Positions 1-10,095 of a DNA stretch of 64,000 bases are shown here, piece after piece (position 1 is the stretch's first letter; every line of letters starts with the position of its first letter). Below the pieces are notes generated by a model, which worked only from the letters and a program-made list of their open reading frames with translations, made no database searches and was not told the origin of the DNA. This stretch comes from a phage. Position numbers and translations under genes: made by a program. The stretch lies in assembly GCA_012549035.1 (NCBI GenBank), contig GCA_012549035.1_4805.1; one strand, written 5' to 3'.

Positions 1-1490
1 TACGGGTCGCCGCCGATTGAGCCAGAGTATGCAAGTGATGAGCCAGGTTGCATGAATGACTCGCCAACTACACCGTTTCTTGTCGTCAGCGGTCCGTTTG
101 CACAGGAGATGTTATTGAGTGTTCCCGCCGTTACAGACAGGATTGCTGTTCCGTCAGAAGGAGGGTTTTGCGTTCCATAAAAATAAGGCTCAGGTCCATT
201 TGGATTCTGAACAGGGTCGCAGACGCAAATCGAGTATCCAAACAAAAGAGCATCAGACCCTTCAGGCAATTCACGAGTTTGAGTTGATCCAGCGGCAGTC
301 GCCTTCAACTCTATTGAAAAGCTGGTACTTACTCCAGAAGCAGCGGTTGCCGTCTGCTCTACAATCCAGATTCGATACCAATCGCCGCCAATTGCTTTTA
401 TGCCACCACGGTTTGATTCCCTTCTTACTCCATCGAATTTGCCTTTGATGAAATAGCTCAATGACGGGTCCAAGTTGAACTGGCCAGTGACGGGGTCAAA
501 CAGCTTTCCATTACTCGATGCATCACTATTCTCTGTAACAGAAACAGAAGCGACATTTTCAGAAAGCACCTTTATGTAGAAGCTATAGCAAACGTTGACG
601 CCAGCCTGCGAAGGAAGCGAAATTGATTTGGCACTTGGATTATTGGCCAAAGAATACACAGGCTCACCGCTTGAAGCCGTCTTGATGACCCTTACTGCGT
701 TGGCAAAATTCTCTATGGCCTCGCCTGGGTAATCACCACACAACTGCCCATAGTAATCAGGCCCACCATACTGTCTGGTGTCGCCGCCGACAAGCCCTGT
801 GCCGGAACCATTTCCCCATGAGTACCAATCTGGGTGCGCCATCCGTGACACGGTGCCTGACACTCCGCTGATGGTCAACCCGGCGTTGTTGCCATGGCTT
901 AAAAGTATCTGCTTATAATCATGCTGAATCTCAGTCGACCCTTGCCAGTCGTACAGAAGGAATGAGCCATTTGTTGATTCAGATGAAGACACCGCACCTT
1001 GAGTATTGTCGGTCACATATGCGTAGCGTGATGAAGAGTAATCCCAAGCCTCTCCACGGTTAAAAATCCACTTAAGCATGCGGTTGATACTTTCGATGCG
1101 GCCATCACTTGTAAGCGTCAGATAACGAAGCTTAAGAAGTATTCGCGCTTCTTCGATATTCTTTACAACCTTCCCGCCAGCACCAAAGAAGTTGCCGCCG
1201 ATGTTGTCCGCACCTTCAAAGTTGTCGCGCGTCGGTCCAAACGCCCAGTTGTGCTCATAATTGCTTAAGTCCACAAAGTCTCTTGGTATGCAAAGAATGT
1301 CGCACCAAATATAAATGCCCATTGCATCACAAGTGTCAATGTTAAAAATGTTATTGTACCAGTCAGTCCAAAACTGATCTTGGTATCTTTCATACCAGTC
1401 ACTTTTCTTTTGCACCAAAGATGTAATGTTTGGTGCATTGTTCTGCATCCACTTAAGGTTTTGCAACAGGTTTGTGTCAAACTTTTGCAT
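1..1490 (-). CDS. Tail fiber / baseplate wedge-like protein, partial (3' end beyond window start)
   Basis: ATG at 1490-1488 with GAGGAA-like SD upstream; hand-translated open frame (MQKFDTNLLQNLKWMQNNAPNITSL...) toward window edge; follows baseplate J-like gene. Not in ORF track because no stop in window. Confidence 0.5.
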   Translation of the reverse strand, partial: MQKFDTNLLQNLKWMQNNAPNITSLVQKKSDWYERYQDQFWTDWYNNIFNIDTCDAMGIYIWCDILCIPRDFVDLSNYEHNWAFGPTRDNFEGADNIGGNFFGAGGKVVKNIEEARILLKLRYLTLTSDGRIESINRMLKWIFNRGEAWDYSSSRYAYVTDNTQGAVSSSESTNGSFLLYDWQGSTEIQHDYKQILLSHGNNAGLTISGVSGTVSRMAHPDWYSWGNGSGTGLVGGDTRQYGGPDYYGQLCGDYPGEAIENFANAVRVIKTASSGEPVYSLANNPSAKSISLPSQAGVNVCYSFYIKVLSENVASVSVTENSDASSNGKLFDPVTGQFNLDPSLSYFIKGKFDGVRRESNRGGIKAIGGDWYRIWIVEQTATAASGVSTSFSIELKATAAGSTQTRELPEGSDALLFGYSICVCDPVQNPNGPEPYFYGTQNPPSDGTAILSVTAGTLNNISCANGPLTTRNGVVGESFMQPGSSLAYSGSIGGDP

Positions 1491-1496
1491 AGTTCC

Positions 1497-2768
1497 TCAC
1501 ACAAATTTAACGTTGATGAAGCCGCGCATAGTATTCGCCTTATCCCAAGGGTTGGCAATCCACTCGCTGCCGTAATCGGATGGATAATTTGGCGCTGCCT
1601 GTCCGCTTTTTACTGCTGCAATTTTGCAATCTTTAATGTACAGACCTGGATACTCGCAAGACACTGCTGAAGCAATCTCAAAAGAAGATTGAGATTGGCC
1701 CACTGCATATCCTTGCTCGCCGTTAAAATTTCCATTACCGTAATTCAACACAGCGGCAATAATAGATTCGGCATCGGCGGTTGCGGTGCCTCTTACAACA
1801 GTAATATCGACATACAAGTCATATATGACAGCAGTGTTGAACTTTACGAAATAAGACAGTTGCGATTCTTCGTCGACAACTTCTATTCCATCAGGCGAGT
1901 TGACTGGATCACCCTGGTTGGTAGCACCAAAGTCCCACGGCTGGCCGCCCATCTTTGCCTTGAAAATAGTCTCAGCAAAAACTTGCTTATCGAACGTTCC
2001 GCTTGCGCACACCCAGACACCGTTAGGCGTTGAAAAGGTGATGTCGCGCACCGTTCCAGGCAATCCCGTGTCGTTCTCCACGACCATCACCGATTCCACG
2101 CCGTCGACCGACATGGCGCGAGCGCGAATAGCACCAAGCGATGCAATTCCCTGCTGGTAAAGGCGCTTAACGCGAGCGGCCTTTAACGCTCCGTCGCCCA
2201 TGTATTGCGTACCTGGTACGGTCGTCGTTGCTGATGTTGAATACGTTCTTGACCATCCGATGACGTCATATCCTTGCACCACGGTAAACTCTTCATCAGG
2301 TGCAACAGTAAATGAGCCATACTCTTTTGATGCAAGAGTCATATTACTTGTCTTGCCAGTCGAAGTGATTTGAACGTCTTCCAAAACATACCAGTATGTG
2401 CCATTTGAATCCGTCAGCAAACTTCCAGCAGGAATCTCCAACAGCGGCGTTCCTTCTGCGGTAATTCCTTTTAGCATCGTGCTGATGTTTTTAGTTCGCT
2501 CAATCCCAAGCAATGCCGCGATGGCATCAAGGTATACGCCATACGAATAATTTGGGTTGATGAGACTTCCCAGCTCGGCGTTGTTCTTCATCACTGAAGT
2601 TCTTGCCAAAGTCTCCGTTGCGATTAGGGTGCCTTGCGGTGTCGAGGCATCAACGTCAAGCCCGACCCCTAATGACTCAATCCATTCACTTTGAACGTCA
2701 GCCAGCAAATCGGCTGTGTCGATGGTTATTACACCAGTGCTTACTATGTAAGAATATTGTGCACTCAT
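1497..2768 (-). CDS. Baseplate J-like protein (putative)
   Basis: 423-aa ORF immediately downstream of spike gene with 4-nt overlap; size and position fit baseplate J/gp6 family; no search run. Confidence 0.5.
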   Translation of the reverse strand: MSAQYSYIVSTGVITIDTADLLADVQSEWIESLGVGLDVDASTPQGTLIATETLARTSVMKNNAELGSLINPNYSYGVYLDAIAALLGIERTKNISTMLKGITAEGTPLLEIPAGSLLTDSNGTYWYVLEDVQITSTGKTSNMTLASKEYGSFTVAPDEEFTVVQGYDVIGWSRTYSTSATTTVPGTQYMGDGALKAARVKRLYQQGIASLGAIRARAMSVDGVESVMVVENDTGLPGTVRDITFSTPNGVWVCASGTFDKQVFAETIFKAKMGGQPWDFGATNQGDPVNSPDGIEVVDEESQLSYFVKFNTAVIYDLYVDITVVRGTATADAESIIAAVLNYGNGNFNGEQGYAVGQSQSSFEIASAVSCEYPGLYIKDCKIAAVKSGQAAPNYPSDYGSEWIANPWDKANTMRGFINVKFV

Positions 2769-3493
2769 TCTATCATATCCCCAGTTCTGTTTCCAGGTCC
2801 GTTACCTATGTGACCGTGAGTGGATACATTTGTGCCGCCGATTGTTGTGCCAGTCGGAAGCGTTGCCGTCGTTCCTTCTTTCCCTTCTATACCACCATTG
2901 AACGTTGCCTTTCCATTAACTATCAATTGTTGGTCGATAGTGGTTATTGGTGTTTTCACATTTACTCCAGCCGATGCAGTTATGTTTATCGAGTCATCAC
3001 TTAATGCGATTCGTACAGCGCCGCTGAGTGACTGAATTACCATTGAGCCTGCATCCTCTCCGCTTATGGTGTATTTTCGGAATACATCCGGTATGAACAG
3101 TCCATCAGCGAAAGTTTTCGCGCGGCCATTGGTAGGCGCGGTCGGCTTCAATTCTTCAAGGAATGTCGATAACTCGCGGTCGCCAGCGAATATCCAGCCC
3201 AAATCGCCCTCTTTCAAAGGAAAGTTGATCACGAAGCCGCCGCCGCCAATTGCCAATACAGGAATTGACACCAAAGGTTGACGCTCCACTGGTTTATCAT
3301 CAAGACTTACGAAATGAATAACAGGCTTTATGACTGCTAAATTTTGTTTGCGGTCATAAGATATTACTTGTGCAGGAATCATGCCGTCAGTGGTATACTT
3401 GCCACGGTCCAGCATTCCCTGCAGCGCGGCAAACATACTTGATTTGTCAGTTTGGTTGGGGCTTGTAAGTTGGGTTAACTTTTCTGCCATCAT
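2765..3493 (-). CDS. Baseplate central spike protein (gpV / Gp138-N-like, putative)
   Basis: ORF with AAGGAG SD before tandem ATG at 3493/3490; Gly-rich C-terminus with HGH motif as in phage spike tips; context next to J-like gene. Confidence 0.45.
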   Translation of the reverse strand: MMAEKLTQLTSPNQTDKSSMFAALQGMLDRGKYTTDGMIPAQVISYDRKQNLAVIKPVIHFVSLDDKPVERQPLVSIPVLAIGGGGFVINFPLKEGDLGWIFAGDRELSTFLEELKPTAPTNGRAKTFADGLFIPDVFRKYTISGEDAGSMVIQSLSGAVRIALSDDSINITASAGVNVKTPITTIDQQLIVNGKATFNGGIEGKEGTTATLPTGTTIGGTNVSTHGHIGNGPGNRTGDMIE

Positions 3494-3550
3494 AGACTCC
3501 TTAGATCTGATCAACAAATTATAATCTATAAGGAGTCTATAAGCAATATT

Positions 3551-4072
3551 TTAGCGATTTGACTTTGATTCTTTAATGGCAGCTTCGTTTGAGTAGGCTT
3601 CATTAAGTGATTTTGCTATTAGTCCATCAAACATAGCGAATGCATCACGCAATGAATAATATTCTTCCAATTCTTTTAACGAAGCAAGACCATTGTTTAT
3701 TAGGCTTGCAACCATCGGCTCAAGATAATTAGGCTCTACGGTCGGGACGTCAGCCAAGAATCTATTTGGAATCTTAGTGCCTTTCCAATCACTGAGGAAT
3801 CCAAAATTGTGCTTCTTCACCGCTTCCATTAGAACTTTCAATACAAGGTTGGGCGGCAAGTGATTTGGCACACTTTTCACTTCTTCACTTATGGCCTTCT
3901 CAGAGTTTAATCTGACTTTAGTTCCGTCATATTTAATAACATAACATTCACTTAATAATTCAAGTGGAGTTAATATGCTTATCGCATCAACCATTTCAAA
4001 CGCGTCTATTGCGCTGAATTGATGTATTTCATAAGTAACTCCAAACAGCTCAATTACTTTATTCTTTCTCAT
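3551..4072 (-). CDS. Hypothetical tail/baseplate protein
   Basis: 173-aa ORF in baseplate gene block; no motif recognised. Confidence 0.5.
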   Translation of the reverse strand: MRKNKVIELFGVTYEIHQFSAIDAFEMVDAISILTPLELLSECYVIKYDGTKVRLNSEKAISEEVKSVPNHLPPNLVLKVLMEAVKKHNFGFLSDWKGTKIPNRFLADVPTVEPNYLEPMVASLINNGLASLKELEEYYSLRDAFAMFDGLIAKSLNEAYSNEAAIKESKSNR

Positions 4073-4074
4073 AT

Positions 4075-4947
4075 TTAGGCCGATGGTGCAACGCCGCCCG
4101 TCACCGTAAATATATCATCACGACTTGCTAAATCATATTCAAGTTGCATGATGACAAATGTGGTGTCGTTCAAGCTTGGGTTTAAGACTGATTTGAATTT
4201 CACACCTTGGGCAAGCTTCAAATCCGCGTTATACATGCAAGTGAAGTCAGCACCCCACTCGTTCCACATCGGTATTCCGACAAATTCCTCAATCACCGTT
4301 ATCTGTTCTGGATTCAGAATTTTGTCTTTATCCTTGACGATGAGCGTATCATCATCGATATATGCCGCAATAGAGTTCCTTTGATAGTTCTGAATCTCAA
4401 GCAACAAGGCGGCTGCAACATATGTTGTGCGGCCTGGGTTAACAAGGCGCTGATTGTTAATCGAAGTATCGCATATAACAGTATCAATATCCATTTGCTT
4501 TGCCGACCACTCCACAAACTCTTTGAATGTTGGGTTTGACGGTGCAGCTTGAGTGATAAACTTAGTCCTGTTTATCTGGTTGGTGTAGCAAGTGATGCGT
4601 ATGACGATGTTCGGCGGCGGCGCTGTTATCTCGACCGTTGTGACTTGCCCCTTGTAGACTAAGTTGCTACTAACAACGTTGCCTTCTCTATATCCAGCTT
4701 CAATTGTTACGTTGACATAATTCGCCGCCAATTGGCCTTGATCACGCAGACGTTTGTTGAATGCGGTGAAGTTGGAAAGCAGGTACTCTCTCAAGTACCC
4801 TGTCAATCCTGCAACTTCGATTGTGGCCTTATTCTGCACGGAAAGTGCTGCCTTTTTGATTCGGCATCTGAGCATCAATCCTTCATCAAGCACTTGGCTT
4901 GTGCCATCCGGCATAGATAAGGTGACTTTAAGGATTCTCTTTTTCAA
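4075..4947 (-). CDS. Hypothetical baseplate hub / tail protein
   Basis: 290-aa ORF directly downstream of tape measure gene; tightly packed with neighbours. Confidence 0.5.
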   Translation of the reverse strand: MKKRILKVTLSMPDGTSQVLDEGLMLRCRIKKAALSVQNKATIEVAGLTGYLREYLLSNFTAFNKRLRDQGQLAANYVNVTIEAGYREGNVVSSNLVYKGQVTTVEITAPPPNIVIRITCYTNQINRTKFITQAAPSNPTFKEFVEWSAKQMDIDTVICDTSINNQRLVNPGRTTYVAAALLLEIQNYQRNSIAAYIDDDTLIVKDKDKILNPEQITVIEEFVGIPMWNEWGADFTCMYNADLKLAQGVKFKSVLNPSLNDTTFVIMQLEYDLASRDDIFTVTGGVAPSA

Positions 4948-4951
4948 ATTA

Positions 4952-7132
4952 TCACCACTTCAAAGGTGTAGCAGTAAGGTTGTTTATGTCGTTGATATCA
5001 TCTTGTTCAAGCACCCGTTTCGTTTCGAATGCCGTGCTGCGTGGGTCTTGAGCGCCGTTGACGTTGATGACAACGTTTTTCTGACCCATAGTAATATCAC
5101 GCCCACCAGGTCGACTATTCGCGGAAAGGTCGCCGCCATATTTCTGGAATGCTTCAAGCTGGAATGCAGCAAGACGAGCGTTTTTCATCGCTTCGGCTTG
5201 AATGTTCGGTCTTACACCTGGAGTTGAAGCCAGTTGCATGTTTTTAATATAATCCCTTTGCGTGCCAAGCTTAAGGTAAGTTTGAGCAAAGTCAATATCA
5301 CCTTTGTTGACTTGTCCCTGCATCAACTGCTCAACTGGTACGTTCAGGTATCCTGCAATGGCTTCTTGCAATTGCCTGTATTGCACCGTTTGGCGCGATT
5401 GGCCTTGTACTGGTGCATAGCTGCCCTTTGGCGCTTCCGCTCCGCTACCGCTAAGTACTGGAGTAACTGGTGCACCTTGCGGCGCTGCCGTGGCATACTC
5501 ACCATTGGATTGTCGGTCGAGAGCGGCCATGACCTTTCCAGGATAAGCGCGTGTATTCTTGCCCCAGCCGCTGCGGTCGTAGCCACCGTGATACATCGTC
5601 AGCGCAAGATTCCAATCGCCGTTGGCAGCGTTTAAATACTCTTTCAACAGTTGAGCGCCGCCCATAATGTTTTGTCGAGGATCATTGCCATCGGTTATTC
5701 CAAGACCCTTGAAGTTAGAAGGCATTATTTGCATCAAACCAGTCGCGCCTGCTCCGCTCACAGCATTTGGATTGAATCCAGATTCAACTTCAGTCACGGC
5801 CTTCATCATCGCCACAGGTATGCCATAGCGTTTTGAAGCTTCCTCATATATTGAGTCATACGCTGTCGGGTTTCCTGACCCAAGATTATTCCCTATGGTC
5901 GCGCCAGTATTCAATGCAGGCGTTCCAGGCATCGCGGATTGCCCTGCGCTGCGCCCAATTTCACCTGCCCATGCCGCCCAAGCTTGACGCTCATCAATCA
6001 CGCCAGCAAAAGTTGACACGGCGCTTGAAAAAAGATTTATATCACGAGTGAAAAGCGCCTGTGCAGAACGTTGTTCAGCAGCGTTCTGCTCTTGATTCCT
6101 CTGGCGTTTCACATCGCCGTCTGCCATCTGCGTGATCCATCTATCAACGGCACGCTCGTGACGCTCGTTGACAGCGGCCTGCTTGTCGAACGGATGTTTC
6201 AAGTCAGCAATGAAATTGTCGACAAATTCGCTCCATCCGTCAGACATTCTTTGGAACATCATCTGGAATCCTTCGACTGTATCGGCGGTTTTGCTGACAA
6301 GCGTCGAGAATGCAGGCATAACGTTTTCACCGATGACCAGTTCAATACGCCGCCAATCTTCTTGAATTTGCCCCATACTATTTCGTATAGTCTCAAGAGC
6401 AGCTTGCTGTCTTTGCAGCTTCGCGGTTTCTTCGTCACTTATGCGCGTGCTTTCTTTCACAGACTGGTTGCGCTCACGAAGGGCGCGGACTTCATCAGCC
6501 GTGAATCCTGCCAGAGCACCAATGGCACGCGCGGTTTGCTCATTAACACTTCTCAGCTTTGTTCCAATTTCATCAAGCAGCTGATTCGTGTCTTTGATGC
6601 CGCCGTTACTGTTGAAAGGACTTGCCCCCATCTTGTTCAGCAACAAGTTGTCCTTGTTCATCACATCAGGGTTGGTGTATGCATTGAATGCCAAATTAGA
6701 AGCTTTGCTGATTAAATCGCGCGACCCCTGTGCGCCAAGGATGCCCCCTGAACTTTCATTCAACTGTCGTTGTAGTTGTTCGACACCCATTGGAGAGAGT
6801 CCGGCTTCAAAACCAAGCTTTCTTTGCGCTTCGTATTCTTTTCGAACATCAACGATGGATTTGACGACGACGGCCAATCCTGCGACAACAGGAACGAGCG
6901 CGGCAAAACGATATGTCAGCCGCGCAAGGATTCCGTCAATAGACCCCAGTTCAGCTGTGAGAGGCTTCAGCTCACCAAACACATCTTTGAATGCTCCGGT
7001 GAAGTCTTTACCAGCGGCCTTTGCCTTTTTGTTTGTCTGATCAACCTTATCTTGCAATTGCTCAAGACGATTGATGGACTCTTTCAAGTCCACCGTATAT
7101 TGAAGCACAAATTTTTCTAATGAGTCAGACAC
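4952..7132 (-). CDS. Tail tape measure protein with soluble lytic transglycosylase (SLT) domain
   Basis: 726-aa ORF; N-terminal coiled-coil/low-complexity; C-terminal segment AVTEVESGFNPNAVSGAGATGLMQIMPSNF matches SLT family catalytic-Glu motif. Confidence 0.65.
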   Translation of the reverse strand: MSDSLEKFVLQYTVDLKESINRLEQLQDKVDQTNKKAKAAGKDFTGAFKDVFGELKPLTAELGSIDGILARLTYRFAALVPVVAGLAVVVKSIVDVRKEYEAQRKLGFEAGLSPMGVEQLQRQLNESSGGILGAQGSRDLISKASNLAFNAYTNPDVMNKDNLLLNKMGASPFNSNGGIKDTNQLLDEIGTKLRSVNEQTARAIGALAGFTADEVRALRERNQSVKESTRISDEETAKLQRQQAALETIRNSMGQIQEDWRRIELVIGENVMPAFSTLVSKTADTVEGFQMMFQRMSDGWSEFVDNFIADLKHPFDKQAAVNERHERAVDRWITQMADGDVKRQRNQEQNAAEQRSAQALFTRDINLFSSAVSTFAGVIDERQAWAAWAGEIGRSAGQSAMPGTPALNTGATIGNNLGSGNPTAYDSIYEEASKRYGIPVAMMKAVTEVESGFNPNAVSGAGATGLMQIMPSNFKGLGITDGNDPRQNIMGGAQLLKEYLNAANGDWNLALTMYHGGYDRSGWGKNTRAYPGKVMAALDRQSNGEYATAAPQGAPVTPVLSGSGAEAPKGSYAPVQGQSRQTVQYRQLQEAIAGYLNVPVEQLMQGQVNKGDIDFAQTYLKLGTQRDYIKNMQLASTPGVRPNIQAEAMKNARLAAFQLEAFQKYGGDLSANSRPGGRDITMGQKNVVINVNGAQDPRSTAFETKRVLEQDDINDINNLTATPLKW

Positions 7133-7135
7133 AGT

Positions 7136-7552
7136 TTACCCCTTGTTTGGAGTCTCGCCGCTGAGGAATGGCGCGATTAATCGCATCGATTCGCCGATGA
7201 ATGCTGCAGCCATTTCGCCGCCAGCTTGTTCCCAGTAGCCTTCACGCTCGGCGTGAGTATCTGGGTTTATACCGTTCTCCATGAGGACTGCTTCGAAGAC
7301 TTCTTTAAGGTTTTCCCAGTCACCAAGATGGTTGTCAATTAGTGCACCAGTACTTAATGGGATTTCTTGGCCCACATCAAGCTCGACTTTTGCGAAGCTC
7401 AACACTTCCATCGTATACTCTGAACGAAAAGCAGGGTCTTTCGACATTGCAAATTCGACAAAGCGACGCTGAATATTCCAGCCTTCCATCGCAGTCATTT
7501 TGCTGATTTTAATTTCTACTGTACGACCAGTTTGTTTGTTGGTGATCTTCAT
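7136..7552 (-). CDS. Hypothetical protein (possible tail assembly chaperone)
   Basis: 138-aa acidic ORF immediately upstream of tape measure gene. Confidence 0.45.
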   Translation of the reverse strand: MKITNKQTGRTVEIKISKMTAMEGWNIQRRFVEFAMSKDPAFRSEYTMEVLSFAKVELDVGQEIPLSTGALIDNHLGDWENLKEVFEAVLMENGINPDTHAEREGYWEQAGGEMAAAFIGESMRLIAPFLSGETPNKG

Positions 7553-7553
7553 T

Positions 7554-8114
7554 TTATATTCCTACTGTTGATTTTATTTTATTATATAACGAACTCACAG
7601 TTGTAGTCAAACTGACTGGTTCTTTAATAGCAACACCATTTGATGATTCGTCTGCAGATTGTTTAGGGTCGAAGCTTCCTTGAATGCTAAATGACGTTTG
7701 CTCGAAGGTTATTACTATTGAGACTCCATTCAAGTTTTCTTCTGACTGGGTTATTTCAACGTCGGACATCGACATTTTACTGGCAATGATGCTTCGTGAA
7801 GTTATTGAAAATGTGACTTCGTCATCATCAAATGAATTTATGATATTTTCAATTGTAGACTGGTCATTGCAAATTACGTTTAACGCCATATGGGCTGGCA
7901 TTACAACCTTTGTCGCCTGTAAATTGCTTACTGATGACGTGCTTGATACTTCGACAACCTGCATGGCTGTACCAGCAAGAGGGAATTGAGTTGTTTCTGC
8001 TGGGGATGTTATTTCTGCAGAAACAGGTGAAAGCCTTGTCCAGACAGGAAGACCTGTTGACTCATTCGTTATGGTCAAAGATTGACCAGAAAGCAGAATC
8101 GAAACGAAGTCCAT
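7554..8114 (-). CDS. Hypothetical tail protein
   Basis: 186-aa ORF, 1-nt spacing to next gene. Confidence 0.45.
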   Translation of the reverse strand: MDFVSILLSGQSLTITNESTGLPVWTRLSPVSAEITSPAETTQFPLAGTAMQVVEVSSTSSVSNLQATKVVMPAHMALNVICNDQSTIENIINSFDDDEVTFSITSRSIIASKMSMSDVEITQSEENLNGVSIVITFEQTSFSIQGSFDPKQSADESSNGVAIKEPVSLTTTVSSLYNKIKSTVGI

Positions 8115-8647
8115 CAGAACATCCCCTTGATACCATTCATCACCTTTGTAGCGACGCCAGTGACGCTGGCAGAAGTTTCTTTTATGTATGCAATGCCGCG
8201 CTCTATTACTGTTGAGTCGCCTGCCTGCGCTGTTTGAATAGACACATCCTGCTGTGTTAATATCTCATGGAAGACCAATTGTATGGGCTGAGACGTTATA
8301 TTGTCAGCGTCCTGGCTGAAGTTGTTATTTTGCAGCACCATACGTTCGAATATTAGACCACGGGAATTAATTGTGTATATAGTCGACCTGTTTTGCAACA
8401 TCTTGGCTATTGCATCTGATGCGCTTTTCGTCTGAGCTATCACGGTGACAGTGAGTATTCGCGGCATCTTTACTCTGCCATCGACAATATAGCTGCCGTC
8501 TTCCCTTTGGTTTTTGAATATCTTCGCTTGGAGTCTTATTTTGACGTTGACTATGGCCCATCCAAGCGTGGATACTTCTCCAAGGTTGAAGCTCTTTATC
8601 GTGAAGCTTCTGTTTGATAGACTATATGACAGTAAATCGATAGCCAT
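8114..8647 (-). CDS. Hypothetical tail protein
   Basis: 177-aa ORF, start overlaps upstream stop. Confidence 0.5.
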   Translation of the reverse strand: MAIDLLSYSLSNRSFTIKSFNLGEVSTLGWAIVNVKIRLQAKIFKNQREDGSYIVDGRVKMPRILTVTVIAQTKSASDAIAKMLQNRSTIYTINSRGLIFERMVLQNNNFSQDADNITSQPIQLVFHEILTQQDVSIQTAQAGDSTVIERGIAYIKETSASVTGVATKVMNGIKGMF

Positions 8648-9144
8648 TAAATGGACCCCAATATGCTCTGCGCCACGCCCTTGGCAATTTGAGACGTGCT
8701 CTGCGCGCCGCCGTAGCTGGCAAACACAAATGTGTATCGGTTTGTCTTGCGACGGCCTGATTGCTCTATGGAGTCACCAAGCGGACCGCTGATTATTGTT
8801 CCGTTAGAGAATGCCACCCTTCCACCGTCAGGATATGTAATAAGCATTGATGTCACATCCTGAATTGGCAACCACTTGAATCCCCCTTTACGGGCAGATA
8901 ATAAAAGCTTAAGATTTATGTCATCTTCAGTGTTTGGAATGACCGCAATGGATACGCGAACGACGGCGGCTTTGTCGTATATGCAAATGCCGCCGTCGTA
9001 AGTAAGTTGATAACCTACTGATTCAACTTCCTCAATAATTAGCGAATCCTGGTCATCAGACAAAGAACTGATATTCAGCCCAACAGGAAAAGATTGAAGA
9101 GCGACAATTCTAATGCTTGTGCCAAATCCACTAATATTGACCAT
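8647..9144 (-). CDS. Tail tube-like protein, paralog of 10095..10562
   Basis: 165 aa; N-terminus MVNISGFGTSIRIVALQSFPVG parallels MINVSGFGASIRLVASNTFPNG of the other copy. Confidence 0.5.
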   Translation of the reverse strand: MVNISGFGTSIRIVALQSFPVGLNISSLSDDQDSLIIEEVESVGYQLTYDGGICIYDKAAVVRVSIAVIPNTEDDINLKLLLSARKGGFKWLPIQDVTSMLITYPDGGRVAFSNGTIISGPLGDSIEQSGRRKTNRYTFVFASYGGAQSTSQIAKGVAQSILGSI

Positions 9145-9146
9145 GT

Positions 9147-9413
9147 TTACTCCGCAGATGCAGATTTAACTGCAGCAAGAATTTCATCCTTATAAGAAAG
9201 ACCCTTGATGTCGATGCCATTTTCTTTGGCATAAGACTTCAATTCTGAAACGCTCATGGAATCAAAATCGAGTTTTTGTTCAACGGACTTTTCTTCGACC
9301 TGCTCTTTGATTTCTGTAACAGACTCAACCTTCTTATTAAACAGCTCTGATGCGTCTTCAAATTTTTCGCCAAATTTCATGACGCCATTTGCAAAATGAA
9401 TTACTTGTGCCAT
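9147..9413 (-). CDS. Hypothetical protein
   Basis: 88-aa ORF, Lys/Glu-rich with SAP/HeH-like C-terminal motif. Confidence 0.45.
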   Translation of the reverse strand: MAQVIHFANGVMKFGEKFEDASELFNKKVESVTEIKEQVEEKSVEQKLDFDSMSVSELKSYAKENGIDIKGLSYKDEILAAVKSASAE

Positions 9414-9769
9414 TATTGATTACTCACCTTTATACGTTCGCCATAAATAGTCACCACTTCTGCAGTGAATCCAAGGATACCGTTTTGGATGGTGACAGTC
9501 AATGAGTCGATTCCGGCAACGTCTGCTTTCTTCAGAATAGCATCTGCAATCGACTTTCGCGCACCGTCTTCGTCAACGGGCGACTTGAAAACGGTCCCCA
9601 AATAATCGACCCCGTTTTCTATATCGTACAAGTCTTCACCAAGTCGCATCTGATGCGCGGCCTTGATTACTTGCACCATCGCTTTTTCTCCTGAAAGAAT
9701 ATTTAAGTTTCTTCCATCAGGTAGAAAAAGGTCATTATTTTCGTTCACTTCAATGGTTAGAGTTGTCAA
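9413..9769 (-). CDS. Hypothetical protein
   Basis: 118-aa ORF in tail block, overlapping start/stop with neighbours. Confidence 0.5.
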   Translation of the reverse strand: MTTLTIEVNENNDLFLPDGRNLNILSGEKAMVQVIKAAHQMRLGEDLYDIENGVDYLGTVFKSPVDEDGARKSIADAILKKADVAGIDSLTVTIQNGILGFTAEVVTIYGERIKVSNQ

Positions 9770-10095
9770 ATTGCAAACTCCGCTTCAGCAGTGGCCTGGA
9801 ATTCAGCCAACTCAGATTCTGACATGTAATATAGATTACAGCCGCCAGAGTTAAACCTTTCATAATCAGGTACGCTGTCGAAAATGAAATTACCGTACCC
9901 AATCATGAGATACTTATAAGGCACCATTGGGATACCACCAAAACAGCGCACCCCTTGAATCAAAAGTTCACCATTGCGATATACGTCGGCACACATATGC
10001 TCGATAGCGGCAAAAATGTGCAACTGCCAATATGCACCGTCAACGTTAAAGCTGATATTCTGGTTAGGTACGCTGTCAAGTGGTATTTGATACAT
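9766..10095 (-). CDS. Hypothetical protein
   Basis: 109-aa ORF, coupled to neighbours. Confidence 0.5.
   Translation of the reverse strand: MYQIPLDSVPNQNISFNVDGAYWQLHIFAAIEHMCADVYRNGELLIQGVRCFGGIPMVPYKYLMIGYGNFIFDSVPDYERFNSGGCNLYYMSESELAEFQATAEAEFAI

Noticed and set aside
119-448. Plus-strand 109-aa ORF
   Set aside because: Lies antisense inside the partial minus-strand fiber/wedge gene; Arg/Leu/Gln-rich; no RBS.
6071-7120. Several plus-strand ORFs (6071..6715, 6588..7040, 6776..7120)
   Set aside because: Antisense to the tape measure gene; low-complexity Ser/Leu/Arg-rich products.
7136-8114. Programmed -1 frameshift between the two genes upstream of the tape measure gene
   Set aside because: The ORFs are separated by a stop with a 1-nt gap and I found no clear slippery heptamer; cannot support a frameshift call.
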